Assembly: GCA_030697375.1 (NCBI GenBank) | Contig: JAUYQD010000071.1 | Coordinates: forward strand, 27,088-91,087 | From: Rhodoferax sp. | GTDB taxonomy: Bacteria; Pseudomonadota; Gammaproteobacteria; Burkholderiales; Burkholderiaceae_C | Direction: 5' to 3' | Length of the DNA: 64,000 nt | Part shown: positions 24,018-33,413 of the stretch, piece after piece | Position numbering within the stretch: position 1 is the first letter of the stretch | How the letters are laid out: every line of letters starts with the position of its first letter | The notes under the pieces: model-generated | What the model saw: the letters and a program-made list of their open reading frames with translations, nothing else | What the model was told of the DNA's origin: nothing | Databases searched by the model: none | Program-made: the position numbers and the translations under genes

Positions 24018-25052
24018 TTATTTCAACACCACCTTGGTCCAGCGGGCCAGCCATGCCGCGCCTTTGTCCGCCAGGTCTTTGTCGCTGGGGTTGTCAAATG
24101 CAGCGGGCTCGGGAGCGAACTTCATCGCCTCGGCGCGGGCCACGCCCTGCTCCGCCGGGAACATCCACATTTCCGTTTGCATTTGCTGCTGCACCGGGGA
24201 CGAACGCATGAATTCGATGAATTTTTCGGCTGCAGCGCGTTCCTTGCCACCCTTGACCAAGGCCACACCCTCTACCTGGCGGAACACGCCGCCGGGCAAA
24301 GACAGGCTGGCGGTGGGCGGCTCGGTGAGTTTTTCCTTGCTGTAAAACAGTTCAGCAGCGGGGCTGGTGGCGTAGCTGACCACCAACGGATGTTTGCCTC
24401 CATTGCGGCTGAACTCGGTGTAATAGGCCTCGCTCCAGCCTTTGGCCACTTTCACGCCGTTGGCGCGCATGCGGGCCCACCAGTCAAATGCCTTCTCCTC
24501 GCCCATGCCGCCCACCGTGGCCAGCATGAAGGCATAACCTGGGCTGGACGTCGCTGGGTTTTGCACTACCAAAAGCTTGGCGTAAGCGGGCTGGACCAGG
24601 TCTTCCAGTGTCTTGGGCAGGGCCAAGCCGCTTTTGGCAAACCAGGCCTTGTCATAGTTGAGGGTGACGTAGCCGTAGTCCACCGGAATCAGACCGGTAG
24701 GCAATGGCACAACGGCGGCGCGGCTTGCGGCGGGGCCGGTGTACGCCTCCAGCACATCGGCGGCCAGCGCTTTGGGCGCCAGCGCATTGTCGATCCCATA
24801 CACCACATCGCCAATGGGGTTGGCGCGGGTCAGGATGAGCTTGTTGAGCATTTCACCGGCATCGCCCGCCTTGGTGATGCGCAAAGTGATGCCAGTGTCC
24901 GCCTCGAATTGTTTCAGCAGGGGTTTGGGTACCGCGAAGGAGCTGTGGGTCAGCACTCGGAGTTCCGTGGCGGCGTGGGCCGTGGAGAGGGTGGAAGCCA
25001 CCACAAGACTGGCGCACGCAGTGCCCAGAAAAGAAAAAATCCCGTGTTTCAT
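24018..25052 (-). CDS. thiB: Thiamine ABC transporter substrate-binding protein
   Basis: Signal peptide, THSSF, PVDYGYV, NPATSSPG, GWSEAYY and VSYATSP; downstream of a TPP riboswitch. Confidence 0.9.
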   Translation of the reverse strand: MKHGIFSFLGTACASLVVASTLSTAHAATELRVLTHSSFAVPKPLLKQFEADTGITLRITKAGDAGEMLNKLILTRANPIGDVVYGIDNALAPKALAADVLEAYTGPAASRAAVVPLPTGLIPVDYGYVTLNYDKAWFAKSGLALPKTLEDLVQPAYAKLLVVQNPATSSPGYAFMLATVGGMGEEKAFDWWARMRANGVKVAKGWSEAYYTEFSRNGGKHPLVVSYATSPAAELFYSKEKLTEPPTASLSLPGGVFRQVEGVALVKGGKERAAAEKFIEFMRSSPVQQQMQTEMWMFPAEQGVARAEAMKFAPEPAAFDNPSDKDLADKGAAWLARWTKVVLK

Positions 25053-25130
25053 GCAATGCTCTCTTTCAATGCGCCAAGGGCAGGACGCATGAAAATCAGA
25101 ACCGCATAAACACAGGGACTGGATTCATCA

Positions 25131-25212
25131 CACTTCCTACGCTGGCATGACCCAGATCAGGTTCATGGGGTATCTCTCAGTCCGCCGCTTGGCGGGCACC
25201 CCCGGTGAAAGC
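25131..25212 (-). promoter_or_regulatory. TPP riboswitch
   Basis: Minus strand GGGGTGC...CTGAGAGATACCC...GAACCTGATCTGGGTCATGCCAGCGTAGGAAG, the canonical THI-box. Confidence 0.96.
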
Positions 25213-25267
25213 AGGATTGTAGGGGTCGAACGGGTAGACAGCTGCGGGGCGCAATCTGCCCCAGCTT

Positions 25268-25735
25268 TCATCCTCTTGATTCCATACACGGCGAGTTGGA
25301 CTTCAAGCCATCCGATTCCCTGGCACGCCCCGCAGGCAGGAGCCCTTTCAATCGGCCCCACCCTACCCAAAGACGCACCAGCGCGCGCCCCGCGGCGGGA
25401 ACCCGAGGCTCCCATACCAAGCTGATGCTGTCAGCCCCCACGGTCGGCCAGGATTCCAATACCAGGCGCTGCCCCGCGCGCAACGGCAAGTCATGGCCAG
25501 GCGCGACAAAATGGTCCCCGGCGTCGGCAACCGGGCTGCCGTGCGACACATCCAAAGTCACCCAAGCGCGACCCGACGTCACCCGCAAAACCCCTGCCCC
25601 CCGAAACTGCAAGGACAGGGCGCAACCTCTGGTCAACTGCCAAGGCGTGTTGCCCCCCATGGCGACGGCCTTGGTGAGGGCCTGCCCACGCGACGCTTGT
25701 TGCGAATTTACCTGCGCTTGTTTGACAAAACTCAT
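25268..25735 (-). CDS. DUF2917-like small beta-rich (cupin-like) protein
   Basis: LRVTSGRAWVT...GDHFVAPG...GQRLVLE; divergent from a GcvA-type LysR. Confidence 0.7.
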   Translation of the reverse strand: MSFVKQAQVNSQQASRGQALTKAVAMGGNTPWQLTRGCALSLQFRGAGVLRVTSGRAWVTLDVSHGSPVADAGDHFVAPGHDLPLRAGQRLVLESWPTVGADSISLVWEPRVPAAGRALVRLWVGWGRLKGLLPAGRARESDGLKSNSPCMESRG

Positions 25736-25858
25736 TGCATACCCCAGTTCGTTAATCGGCAAGAGCATGATTACCCAGGAATGCCTTGCGGTCCAATGAA
25801 ATCGGGATATGCTATTCATTCGATTTACGCATCAATCACTTTACCCACTGCGCCCACC

Positions 25859-26833
25859 ATGGTGACTCCCAAAATGCCGCCCTCCGAGAACCGTCTGCGC
25901 AGTCGGGCGATCTCTGCAGGCCATTTGCGGGCCTTGGAGGCTGTGGCCCGCCATTTGAACTTTCGTGCGGCGGCAGACGAGCTTTCACTGACGCAAAGTG
26001 CCGTCAGCCGGCAGGTGCAGGCGCTGGAAGACGAGGTCGGAGTGCCCCTTTTTCTACGGCACACCCGTGCCGTGGAACTCACCAGTGCCGGAGCGCAGTT
26101 GCTGCGTGCCGTCATTCCCTCACTGGAGCGCGTTGACAGCGCCGTGCGTTTGATCCGCCGTAGCGCGGGGCGCAAGAGTGTGGCCATCACCACCTGGGCC
26201 TCGTTTGCGTCCATGTGGCTGATTCCCCGGCTGGAAGCCTTTCAGTCAGAATTCCCCGACATTGACATCCGCATTGATGCCACCGACAACCCGGTGGACC
26301 TGGACACCAGTGACGTGGACATTGCATTGCGCTACACCCGCGCCGGCACGGCACCGCCAGACGCCGTACGCCTGTTTGGCGAACAACTGACACCTGTGGC
26401 CAGCCCTTGGCTGCTCAAAAGCGGCAAGCCACTGCGCCGTGGCGAAGACTTGGCCCACTTTGCTTTGATCGAAGCGGGGGATGCCCACCGCACGCAAAAT
26501 CTTGAATGGCTGACCTGGCGTCGCTGGCTGGACGAACATGGCTTCAAAACCCTGGAGCCCAAGCGCTGGTTGCACTTCAACTACGCCCACCAGATTGCCC
26601 AAGCCGCTTTGACAGGCCAAGGCGTCGCGCTCTCCCGCATGCCACTCATCGCGGACAGCCTTGCCAGTGGCGATCTGGTGGAAATACTGCCGAATATGCG
26701 ACTGGACACCCCCATGGCGTACTGGCTCATGGTGGGACCGCGCAGCGGCCACCGGCCCGAAATCCAGGCTTTTTCCAGTTGGTTACTGGCCCAAGCACAA
26801 CTCACCCGTTTGGCCATTGGTGAAGTCAACTAG
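25859..26833 (+). CDS. LysR-family regulator (GcvA-like)
   Basis: HLNFRAAADELSLTQSAVSRQVQALE HTH plus substrate-binding domain; start 25859 or 25874. Confidence 0.93.
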   Translation: MVTPKMPPSENRLRSRAISAGHLRALEAVARHLNFRAAADELSLTQSAVSRQVQALEDEVGVPLFLRHTRAVELTSAGAQLLRAVIPSLERVDSAVRLIRRSAGRKSVAITTWASFASMWLIPRLEAFQSEFPDIDIRIDATDNPVDLDTSDVDIALRYTRAGTAPPDAVRLFGEQLTPVASPWLLKSGKPLRRGEDLAHFALIEAGDAHRTQNLEWLTWRRWLDEHGFKTLEPKRWLHFNYAHQIAQAALTGQGVALSRMPLIADSLASGDLVEILPNMRLDTPMAYWLMVGPRSGHRPEIQAFSSWLLAQAQLTRLAIGEVN

Positions 26834-27041
26834 CCGATCTATCCAACAAGGACCCGCCTGATTACCATTCGTTACACATTTTGGGACCCCGTGCACACAC
26901 CCCTTTTCATACATTTTGTTTAGGGATTACACTGGTTTTTCATGATGTTTATTACAGTAATATTCACTCCGACTATGAGGCTCTGGCAGCTGCATGCGTG
27001 TCGGATACGGTTTTGAATTGAATGACATAGAGGAACACAAG

Positions 27042-28640
27042 ATGATCACCTCCGGAATGAGCCTTGGAAAACGTTTGACATTGAGCTTTACCCTGGTTAT
27101 TTCGCTCATGACATTGCTGGCTGCACTGGCTTACGTTCGCATAGCCAACCTCAACGGCGAAATTGACCGCATCATCAAAGACCGCTATCCCAAAACCGCA
27201 GTTGCCAACGACATCAAAGCGCAGATCAATGAAATCTCCCGCAGCATGCTGGGCATCCTGATCATGGCCGACCCAGGCCAAATCAAGGTGGAAGTGGACA
27301 AGATTGAAAAGGTCAGCCAGGCCAACAATGACGCTATCGCCGCACTGGACAAAATTATCACGGACGAAAAAGGCCGTGAGCTGCTGAAATCCATTGTCGA
27401 AATCCGTGACAAGTTCCGCCCTCTCCAACAAACCTTTATTACGCTGGTCAATGAAGACAAAAAGGACGAAGCGCAGCTCAAATACCTGTTCTCCATGCGT
27501 CCTTTGCAAAAGAAATACTTCGATGCATTGGACCTGTTTGTCAAATACCAGAACGGACAAATGGAAACGGCTGGCGACAGCTCGACCCACATGGCCAACC
27601 AGACCCAGTGGCTTATCCTGATATTGGCCGTGGCGGCGGCGGTGGCCAGCACGGTGGTCGGATTTTTGGTGACCCGCAGCATTGTCAGCCCCCTCAAAAC
27701 GGCCATGGGAGTGACCCAACGCGTGGCGGCCGGTGATTTGACGAGCAACATCGACACCCAAAGTCTGGACGAAGTGGGCCAAATGATGACGGGGCTGAAA
27801 CACATGAACGACAGCCTGAAGCAGTTGGTTGGCGAAGTGCGTGCCAGCACCAACATCATTGCCTCGACCTCACAAGAGATCGCCGCTGGCAACCTCCAGC
27901 TCAACGACCGCACCGTGGAGCAAGCGCAAACCCTGCAAGAAACCACCTCGTCCATGCACGACCTGACGACCATCGTGAAACAAAATGCCGACAGCACCCA
28001 AGAAGCCAATGAGCTGGCCGCATCGGCCTCGGAAGTGGCCATCAAAGGCGGCAAAGTGGTAACACAAGTGGTTCAAACCATGGGATCGATTCATGCGTCT
28101 TCCAAGAAGATAGCCGACATCATTGGCGTCATTGACGGCATTGCCTTCCAGACCAATATTCTGGCGCTCAACGCAGCAGTAGAGGCCGCTCGTGCCGGCG
28201 AACAAGGGCGTGGTTTTGCGGTGGTTGCCTCCGAGGTGCGCAGCCTCGCCCAGCGCTCGGCCACAGCGGCCAAGGAAATCAAGGCACTGATTGATGACTC
28301 CGTGGCCAACGTCGAAAATGGCAGCCGCCTGGTGGGCCAGGCGGGAACGACCATGACCGAGGTGGTGGACAGCGTCAAGCGCGTCACCACCATCATGGCC
28401 GAAATCACCGCCGCCAACCGTGAGCAAAGCGTGGGGATTCAGCGGGTCAACCACTCCATCGAGCGTATGGACGAAGTCACCCAACAAAACGCGGCCATGG
28501 TCGAAGAAGCCGCCAGCGCCGCGCAGGCTTTGCACAACGAAGCGGACCTCATGTCACGCGCCATCAGTGTGTTCAAGCTGGACGCCCTGGATGAACCACA
28601 CCTTAGCTCTAAGACCCTCGCCATTGGCCACCAACGCTGA
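27042..28640 (+). CDS. Methyl-accepting chemotaxis protein (four-helix sensor, HAMP, signalling domain)
   Basis: Two TM segments, HAMP and IAFQTNILALNAAVEAARAGEQGRGFAVVASEVR. Confidence 0.96.
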   Translation: MITSGMSLGKRLTLSFTLVISLMTLLAALAYVRIANLNGEIDRIIKDRYPKTAVANDIKAQINEISRSMLGILIMADPGQIKVEVDKIEKVSQANNDAIAALDKIITDEKGRELLKSIVEIRDKFRPLQQTFITLVNEDKKDEAQLKYLFSMRPLQKKYFDALDLFVKYQNGQMETAGDSSTHMANQTQWLILILAVAAAVASTVVGFLVTRSIVSPLKTAMGVTQRVAAGDLTSNIDTQSLDEVGQMMTGLKHMNDSLKQLVGEVRASTNIIASTSQEIAAGNLQLNDRTVEQAQTLQETTSSMHDLTTIVKQNADSTQEANELAASASEVAIKGGKVVTQVVQTMGSIHASSKKIADIIGVIDGIAFQTNILALNAAVEAARAGEQGRGFAVVASEVRSLAQRSATAAKEIKALIDDSVANVENGSRLVGQAGTTMTEVVDSVKRVTTIMAEITAANREQSVGIQRVNHSIERMDEVTQQNAAMVEEAASAAQALHNEADLMSRAISVFKLDALDEPHLSSKTLAIGHQR

Positions 28641-28696
28641 TTGGCGCTTGCACTTTTTTTAGTCTCATCTCATTAACTTTTTTTTGGAGAAATTGA

Positions 28697-29287
28697 ATGG
28701 CATTCGGATTTGGAATCAGGAAATTGCTGCCACTGGGTTTGCTGGCACTGGCCTGCGCAATGCCTGCGCAGGCGATCGAAGTCAGTGGCGTCAAGGTTGA
28801 AGACGCGGTGAGCGTCGCGGGCAAAGAACTCAAGCTCAACGGTGCGGGCATGCGGGCCATTCTGTTCGTCAAGTTTTATGCCATTGGGCTGTACCTGAGC
28901 GAGAAGAAAACCACACCAGCGGATGCACAAGCGGTGGCGGGTCCCAGGCGCATTTCCTTGCATATTCAGCGCGAAATTAATAGCGATGAGTTCGGCCAAC
29001 TTTTCATCAAGGGCATGAACAACAACTCCACCAAAGAAGAAAAGTCCAAAGTCATTGCGCAAACCATCAAATTTGGAGAAATGTTTGCGTCCATGGAGCC
29101 GGTGAAAAAAGGCGATGTGATCACACTGGATTGGATTCCCGGGACCGGCACTGTCGCCGGACTCAATGGCAAGAAAATTGGCGAAACCATGCCCGACATC
29201 GCGTTCTACAACGCGGTGCTGCGCATCTGGCTGGGAGATATGCCAGCCCAGGAAAGTGTGAAACGTGAATTGCTGGGTGGGAAATAA
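28697..29287 (+). CDS. Exported chalcone-isomerase-fold protein
   Basis: Signal peptide ending AQA, LKLNGAGMR...KFYAIGLYL and FYNAVLRIWLG. Confidence 0.8.
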   Translation: MAFGFGIRKLLPLGLLALACAMPAQAIEVSGVKVEDAVSVAGKELKLNGAGMRAILFVKFYAIGLYLSEKKTTPADAQAVAGPRRISLHIQREINSDEFGQLFIKGMNNNSTKEEKSKVIAQTIKFGEMFASMEPVKKGDVITLDWIPGTGTVAGLNGKKIGETMPDIAFYNAVLRIWLGDMPAQESVKRELLGGK

Positions 29288-29352
29288 GCCCGCTTTGCAG
29301 TTAATCGCCTTCGTCCCTGCCGCTTACGGTGGTGACAGGGCCTGAGGAAGTT

Positions 29353-29610
29353 ATGGCCCGCTTTTCCATTTTGGCGTTCTTTTTGGCCGCCCTGGTTGCC
29401 GCACAGGTGCATGCGCAGACAGAGCCCGTGGTGGTGAAGCGGCCTACGGAATTGCGCAAGGCCTCCTCCGAGAGATCAACCAGTCTGGCCACACTGGCCG
29501 CGCAAATGCCGGTCAACCGGCACCCTGCGGGGCTTGCGCAATTTGGACGGATTGGCTGGCCAACCCTCCATCACGATTGGCAGCGGATGGCAAGAGCGGG
29601 AAACCGCTGA
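29353..29610 (+). pseudogene. Truncated exported SH3-like protein remnant
   Basis: Signal peptide plus KRPTELRKASSERSTSLATL resembling the start of bacterial SH3-domain proteins; similarity appears to stop near 29520 and the ORF ends at 85 aa. Homology is recalled, not searched. Confidence 0.45.
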
Positions 29611-29616
29611 AAAATC

Positions 29617-30699
29617 ATGACCCACGCAACACCCTGCCATACGGCGCACGCCAACTGGCTCAGCCAAGCCATTGCCCTCATTGAGGCCGACTACCTGCGC
29701 AGTGCGGATACCCACCTGATCCCCTTGCCGCTGCCTGCGTTTGCCCGCCAGGGGATTGACCTGTACCTGAAAGACGAATCCACCCACCCCACCGGCAGCT
29801 TGAAACACCGGCTGGCGCGGTCTCTGTTTTTGTACGCCCTGTGCAACGGCTGGGTCCACGAGGGCTCCACCATTGTGGAGGCGTCCAGCGGCTCCACGGC
29901 CGTGAGCGAGGCCTACTTTGCCCGGCTGTTGGGTCTGCCTTTTGTGGCAGTAATGACCCGAGGGACATCACCCGAAAAAATTGCCCAGATCGCGTTTTAT
30001 GGCGGCAAGTGCCATTTGGTAGACACCGCCCCCGAGGTGTACGCCTGCGCCAAGGAGTTGGCCCAGCAGTCTGGTGGCCATTACATGGACCAATTTACCT
30101 ACGCCGAGCGTGCGACCGATTGGCGTGGCAACAACAACATTGCCCAAAGCATGTTCAGCCAGATGGCGCGGGAACGCCACCCGATTCCACGCTGGGTGGT
30201 GGTGGGTGCCGGTACCGGGGGCACCAGCGCCACCATCGGCCGCTATATACGCTACCAGCGCTACGCGACCCAGGTGTGTGTGCCAGACCCGGTAGGCTCC
30301 GTCTTTGGGGCCTACCACCGCAATGGCGATGCCAGCCTTACCGGGCCGGGCTCACGCATCGAAGGCATTGGCCGCCCCCGCGTGGAGGCCAGCTTTATCC
30401 GAACCTTGGTTGATCGCATGCTGGAGGTTTCCAATGTCGATTCCGTCGCCGCCATGCGCGAGTTGTCCACCCTGTTGGGACGCAAGGTAGGCCCGTCCAC
30501 GGGAACCAACTTCATCGGCATGCTGACCTTGGCGCTCGAAATGCAGCAGCGTGGCGAGCAAGGCTCCATCCTCTCGCTGTTGTGCGACGCGGGAGAACGC
30601 TACTTGCCAACCTACCACCATCCGCAATGGGTTACCGACACGCTGGGCGACTGCCAGGCCTCACAGGAACGGGTGTGTACCGCTATTGGAGGGGCTTGA
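29617..30699 (+). CDS. cds1: PLP-dependent cysteine-synthase-family enzyme, L-cysteine desulfhydrase Cds1 type
   Basis: [49 protein letters not shown] and EGIGRPRVE. Confidence 0.85.
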   Translation: MTHATPCHTAHANWLSQAIALIEADYLRSADTHLIPLPLPAFARQGIDLYLKDESTHPTGSLKHRLARSLFLYALCNGWVHEGSTIVEASSGSTAVSEAYFARLLGLPFVAVMTRGTSPEKIAQIAFYGGKCHLVDTAPEVYACAKELAQQSGGHYMDQFTYAERATDWRGNNNIAQSMFSQMARERHPIPRWVVVGAGTGGTSATIGRYIRYQRYATQVCVPDPVGSVFGAYHRNGDASLTGPGSRIEGIGRPRVEASFIRTLVDRMLEVSNVDSVAAMRELSTLLGRKVGPSTGTNFIGMLTLALEMQQRGEQGSILSLLCDAGERYLPTYHHPQWVTDTLGDCQASQERVCTAIGGA

Positions 30700-30767
30700 A
30701 CGACAGCCACGCGCCCGGCCCCCCCCTTGCCCGTGCGAATTGATACACGGGGAAACAACGCACTTTT

Positions 30768-30809
30768 GCTACTTAATTGATAGCTTCCTACGCTTTATTT
30801 TAGAGGGCT
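30768..30809 (+). repeat. Dispersed 42-bp spaced motif, intergenic copy upstream of the ABC exporter
   Basis: GCTAC TTAATTG ATAGC TTCCTACGCT TTATTTTAGA GGGCT. Confidence 0.85.
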
Positions 30810-30878
30810 GGTGGTCAATTTGACTCCTATTCTCCGAATCAACTTGCATCGCCCAAAATTCGCCCCATGTAGACCCCC

Positions 30879-32654
30879 ATGACCACTGAACGCGCCAAAT
30901 CCCAGAATCCCAAGTCTCTCTCCGGCCTGTTGCCGTTCTTGCGGCCCTATCGCGCGCATATTGGTCTCACTCTGGTGCTTTTGGTTCTGGCCGCGGTAGC
31001 CACTTTGGCTTTTCCAATCGCCCTGCGCAGTCTCATCGACAGCGGACTGGTGCAGTCTGACAAAGGTGCGCAAGTGATGGCTTTGCGGGACCACTTTGCC
31101 ATCTTGTTTGCAGTGGCGGTCGCGCTGGGCCTGTTTTCTGCGGGGCGCTTTTACATGGTGAGCTGGTTGGGTGAGCGCGTCACGGCCGACCTGCGCAATG
31201 CCGTCTACAGCCACGTGCTGGAACAAAGCCCGGAGTTTTTTGAAACCACACAGACGGGTGAAGTCCTTTCGCGTCTAACCGCCGACACCACCTTGGTGCA
31301 AACCGTAGTCGGATCCTCCCTGAGCATGGGCTTGCGCAACAGCGTCATGGGACTGGGGGCGCTGGCCATGCTGGTGTGGACCAATCCGCTGGTGATGTTC
31401 CAGGTGCTCTTGGTGCTGGTGCTGGTGGTGGTGCCTAGCCTGTGGTTTGGACGGCGGGTGCGCAAACTCTCCCGCGCCAGCCAGGACCGGGTGGCCGACT
31501 CCAGCGCCATCGCCGCCGAGGTGCTCAACGCGATTCCCGTGGTGCAAAGTTACACCGCCGAAGGGCGCGAGGCACAGCGCTTTACCACCTCAACCGACAA
31601 CGCGTTCGATACGGCAGTACGGCGGACCCGCGCCCGCGCGGTATTGGTGGCATTCATCATCATTGCCACCTCGGCAGCCCTGCTGTGGGGCCTGTACCAG
31701 GGCACGCAGGCGGTGATGGCCGGGCGCATCACCGCAGGGCACCTGGGACAAACGGTGGTCTACGTCATTATTTTGGCCAGCGCCTTTGCTATTCTGGGCG
31801 AGGTGTATGGCGATCTGTTGCGCGCGGCCGGGGCCACCGAACGGCTAATGGAACTGCTGGGCACCCGCTCCCCCATTACTTCACCGTCAAATCCGGCGCT
31901 AGCCCCCGTGCCTGTTGCGGGAAGCGCTATCAAATTCGAAGCAATTCAATTCAACTACCCCTCACGGCCGCTGCTCCCGGCTCTGTCCGAGTTTTCGCTG
32001 GACATTCAGCCTGGACAAACGGTGGCCATCGTGGGGCCCAGCGGAGCGGGTAAAAGCACGGTTTTTCAGTTGCTGTTGCGGTTTTACGATCCCCAATTCG
32101 GGCGCATTGTGCTCGACGGCGTAGGTACCCGAGACATGTCCCTTGGTGAGTTGCGCCACCGCATTGGCATCGTTCCGCAGGACGCCGTGATTTTTTCCAG
32201 CAGTGCCCTGGAAAACATTCGCTACGGAAAACCCGAGGCTACGGATAAGGAGGTCATGGTGGCGGCCCAAGCTGCTTTTGCCCATGAATTCATCACCGCC
32301 CTGCCCGAAGGCTACAACACCTTTTTGGGGGAGCGCGGTTTACGCCTGTCTGGCGGACAGCGCCAACGCATTGCTATTGCCCGGGCCATGCTGAAGAACC
32401 CACCGCTGCTTCTGCTCGATGAAGCCACCAGTGCACTGGACGCCGAAAGCGAGCGCATGGTGCAGGCAGCCCTGGAATCGGCCATGCGTAACCGCACCAC
32501 CTTGGTCATTGCCCACCGGCTGGCCACGGTACAAAAAGCCGATTGCATTGTGGTGCTGGACCATGGCAAGTTGGTGGAGCAAGGTACCCATGCTGAATTG
32601 GTGGCGCGGGGAGGCGTCTATGCAGGTCTGGCGGCGCTCCAATTCAATGCTTAG
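30879..32654 (+). CDS. MsbA-related fused ABC transporter (TMD + NBD)
   Basis: Six TM helices, GPSGAGKST, LSGGQRQR and LLLDEATSALD. Confidence 0.93.
   Translation: MTTERAKSQNPKSLSGLLPFLRPYRAHIGLTLVLLVLAAVATLAFPIALRSLIDSGLVQSDKGAQVMALRDHFAILFAVAVALGLFSAGRFYMVSWLGERVTADLRNAVYSHVLEQSPEFFETTQTGEVLSRLTADTTLVQTVVGSSLSMGLRNSVMGLGALAMLVWTNPLVMFQVLLVLVLVVVPSLWFGRRVRKLSRASQDRVADSSAIAAEVLNAIPVVQSYTAEGREAQRFTTSTDNAFDTAVRRTRARAVLVAFIIIATSAALLWGLYQGTQAVMAGRITAGHLGQTVVYVIILASAFAILGEVYGDLLRAAGATERLMELLGTRSPITSPSNPALAPVPVAGSAIKFEAIQFNYPSRPLLPALSEFSLDIQPGQTVAIVGPSGAGKSTVFQLLLRFYDPQFGRIVLDGVGTRDMSLGELRHRIGIVPQDAVIFSSSALENIRYGKPEATDKEVMVAAQAAFAHEFITALPEGYNTFLGERGLRLSGGQRQRIAIARAMLKNPPLLLLDEATSALDAESERMVQAALESAMRNRTTLVIAHRLATVQKADCIVVLDHGKLVEQGTHAELVARGGVYAGLAALQFNA
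31901..31942 (-). repeat. Dispersed 42-bp spaced motif, copy in the ABC TMD-NBD linker (antisense)
   Basis: GCTTC GAATTTG ATAGC GCTTCCCGCA ACAGGCACGG GGGCT. Confidence 0.8.
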
Positions 32655-32714
32655 CATTGAAACTTCCACCCCGTGCACGTAAAATTAGCCAGGTTTAACC
32701 TTGGGGAGCCTGCC

Positions 32715-32912
32715 ATGGAAGTCTCGACAGTCAATAAGCCAACGGTTCAAGCGGTAGCACAGTCCAAACGTACTGAGCCGGCACAGCACCCGCCAACCCA
32801 GGAATCCCGACCAAAGACACCCGAGGTCAGAAAAACAGAGGAAGCCCAAGCCCGCCCGGTGATCAACACCCAGGGGCAGGTCACTGGGCAGCGACTGAAC
32901 GTCACCGCCTGA
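32715..32912 (+). CDS. Small hypothetical protein (65 aa) ending PVINTQGQVTGQRLNVTA
   Basis: GGGAG RBS before ATG; C-terminal motif shared with the next ORF. Confidence 0.7.
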   Translation: MEVSTVNKPTVQAVAQSKRTEPAQHPPTQESRPKTPEVRKTEEAQARPVINTQGQVTGQRLNVTA

Positions 32913-32941
32913 TCGTCCCGTAACATTCACAAGTTTCTACC

Positions 32942-33346
32942 ATGGTTGCGATTACCGCCACCAACAGCGCAACGCCCTCCCCGCAAGCGGCGCTCGGTAA
33001 AGCCCGTGTGGAACAAGCCCGGCGAGAAGCAGACCAAGCCGAAGCCAACGCGCAATCCCTGCGTTCACAGGCAGATGCGGCAGAACTGGAAGCACAAAAT
33101 AGCCAGGAACATGCACGAGAGGTCGCACTGCGCAATCGCCAGTCAGACCCCACCTATACGCCACAGTTGAATGCCAGCAAGTCAGAGGTGCCCCAAAAAA
33201 CCCAAGAGTTTTTGGTAAGACTGTACAACGCCTCCGCCCAGAAATTTACCGCCAGCGGGAATCCACTTAAAACCAATCCCAATGCTGCGCCGGTCCGCAA
33301 TACCCAAGGTCAAACCACGGGGCGCATCGTCAATCTCAGCAGCTGA
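32942..33346 (+). CDS. Hypothetical coiled-coil protein (134 aa) ending PVRNTQGQTTGRIVNLSS
   Basis: Ala/Gln/Glu-rich helical N-half; C-terminal motif shared with the upstream ORF. Confidence 0.75.
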   Translation: MVAITATNSATPSPQAALGKARVEQARREADQAEANAQSLRSQADAAELEAQNSQEHAREVALRNRQSDPTYTPQLNASKSEVPQKTQEFLVRLYNASAQKFTASGNPLKTNPNAAPVRNTQGQTTGRIVNLSS

Positions 33347-33413
33347 GTTTTCAGCCTCTTCCCACAAACTGCTGAAGAGTGCGTGAGGTTGCCTATAAAG
33401 ACCTGGTGGGAAA

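Noticed and set aside
26800-26860. Possible C-terminal truncation of the LysR at the MCP junction
   Set aside because: The domain appears complete, and truncation cannot be judged without an alignment.
26834-27041. Sigma28 promoter or c-di-GMP riboswitch upstream of the MCP (also sought upstream of 32715)
   Set aside because: GCCGATCT and TCCGACTA lack a correctly spaced -35, and the riboswitch consensus is not met.
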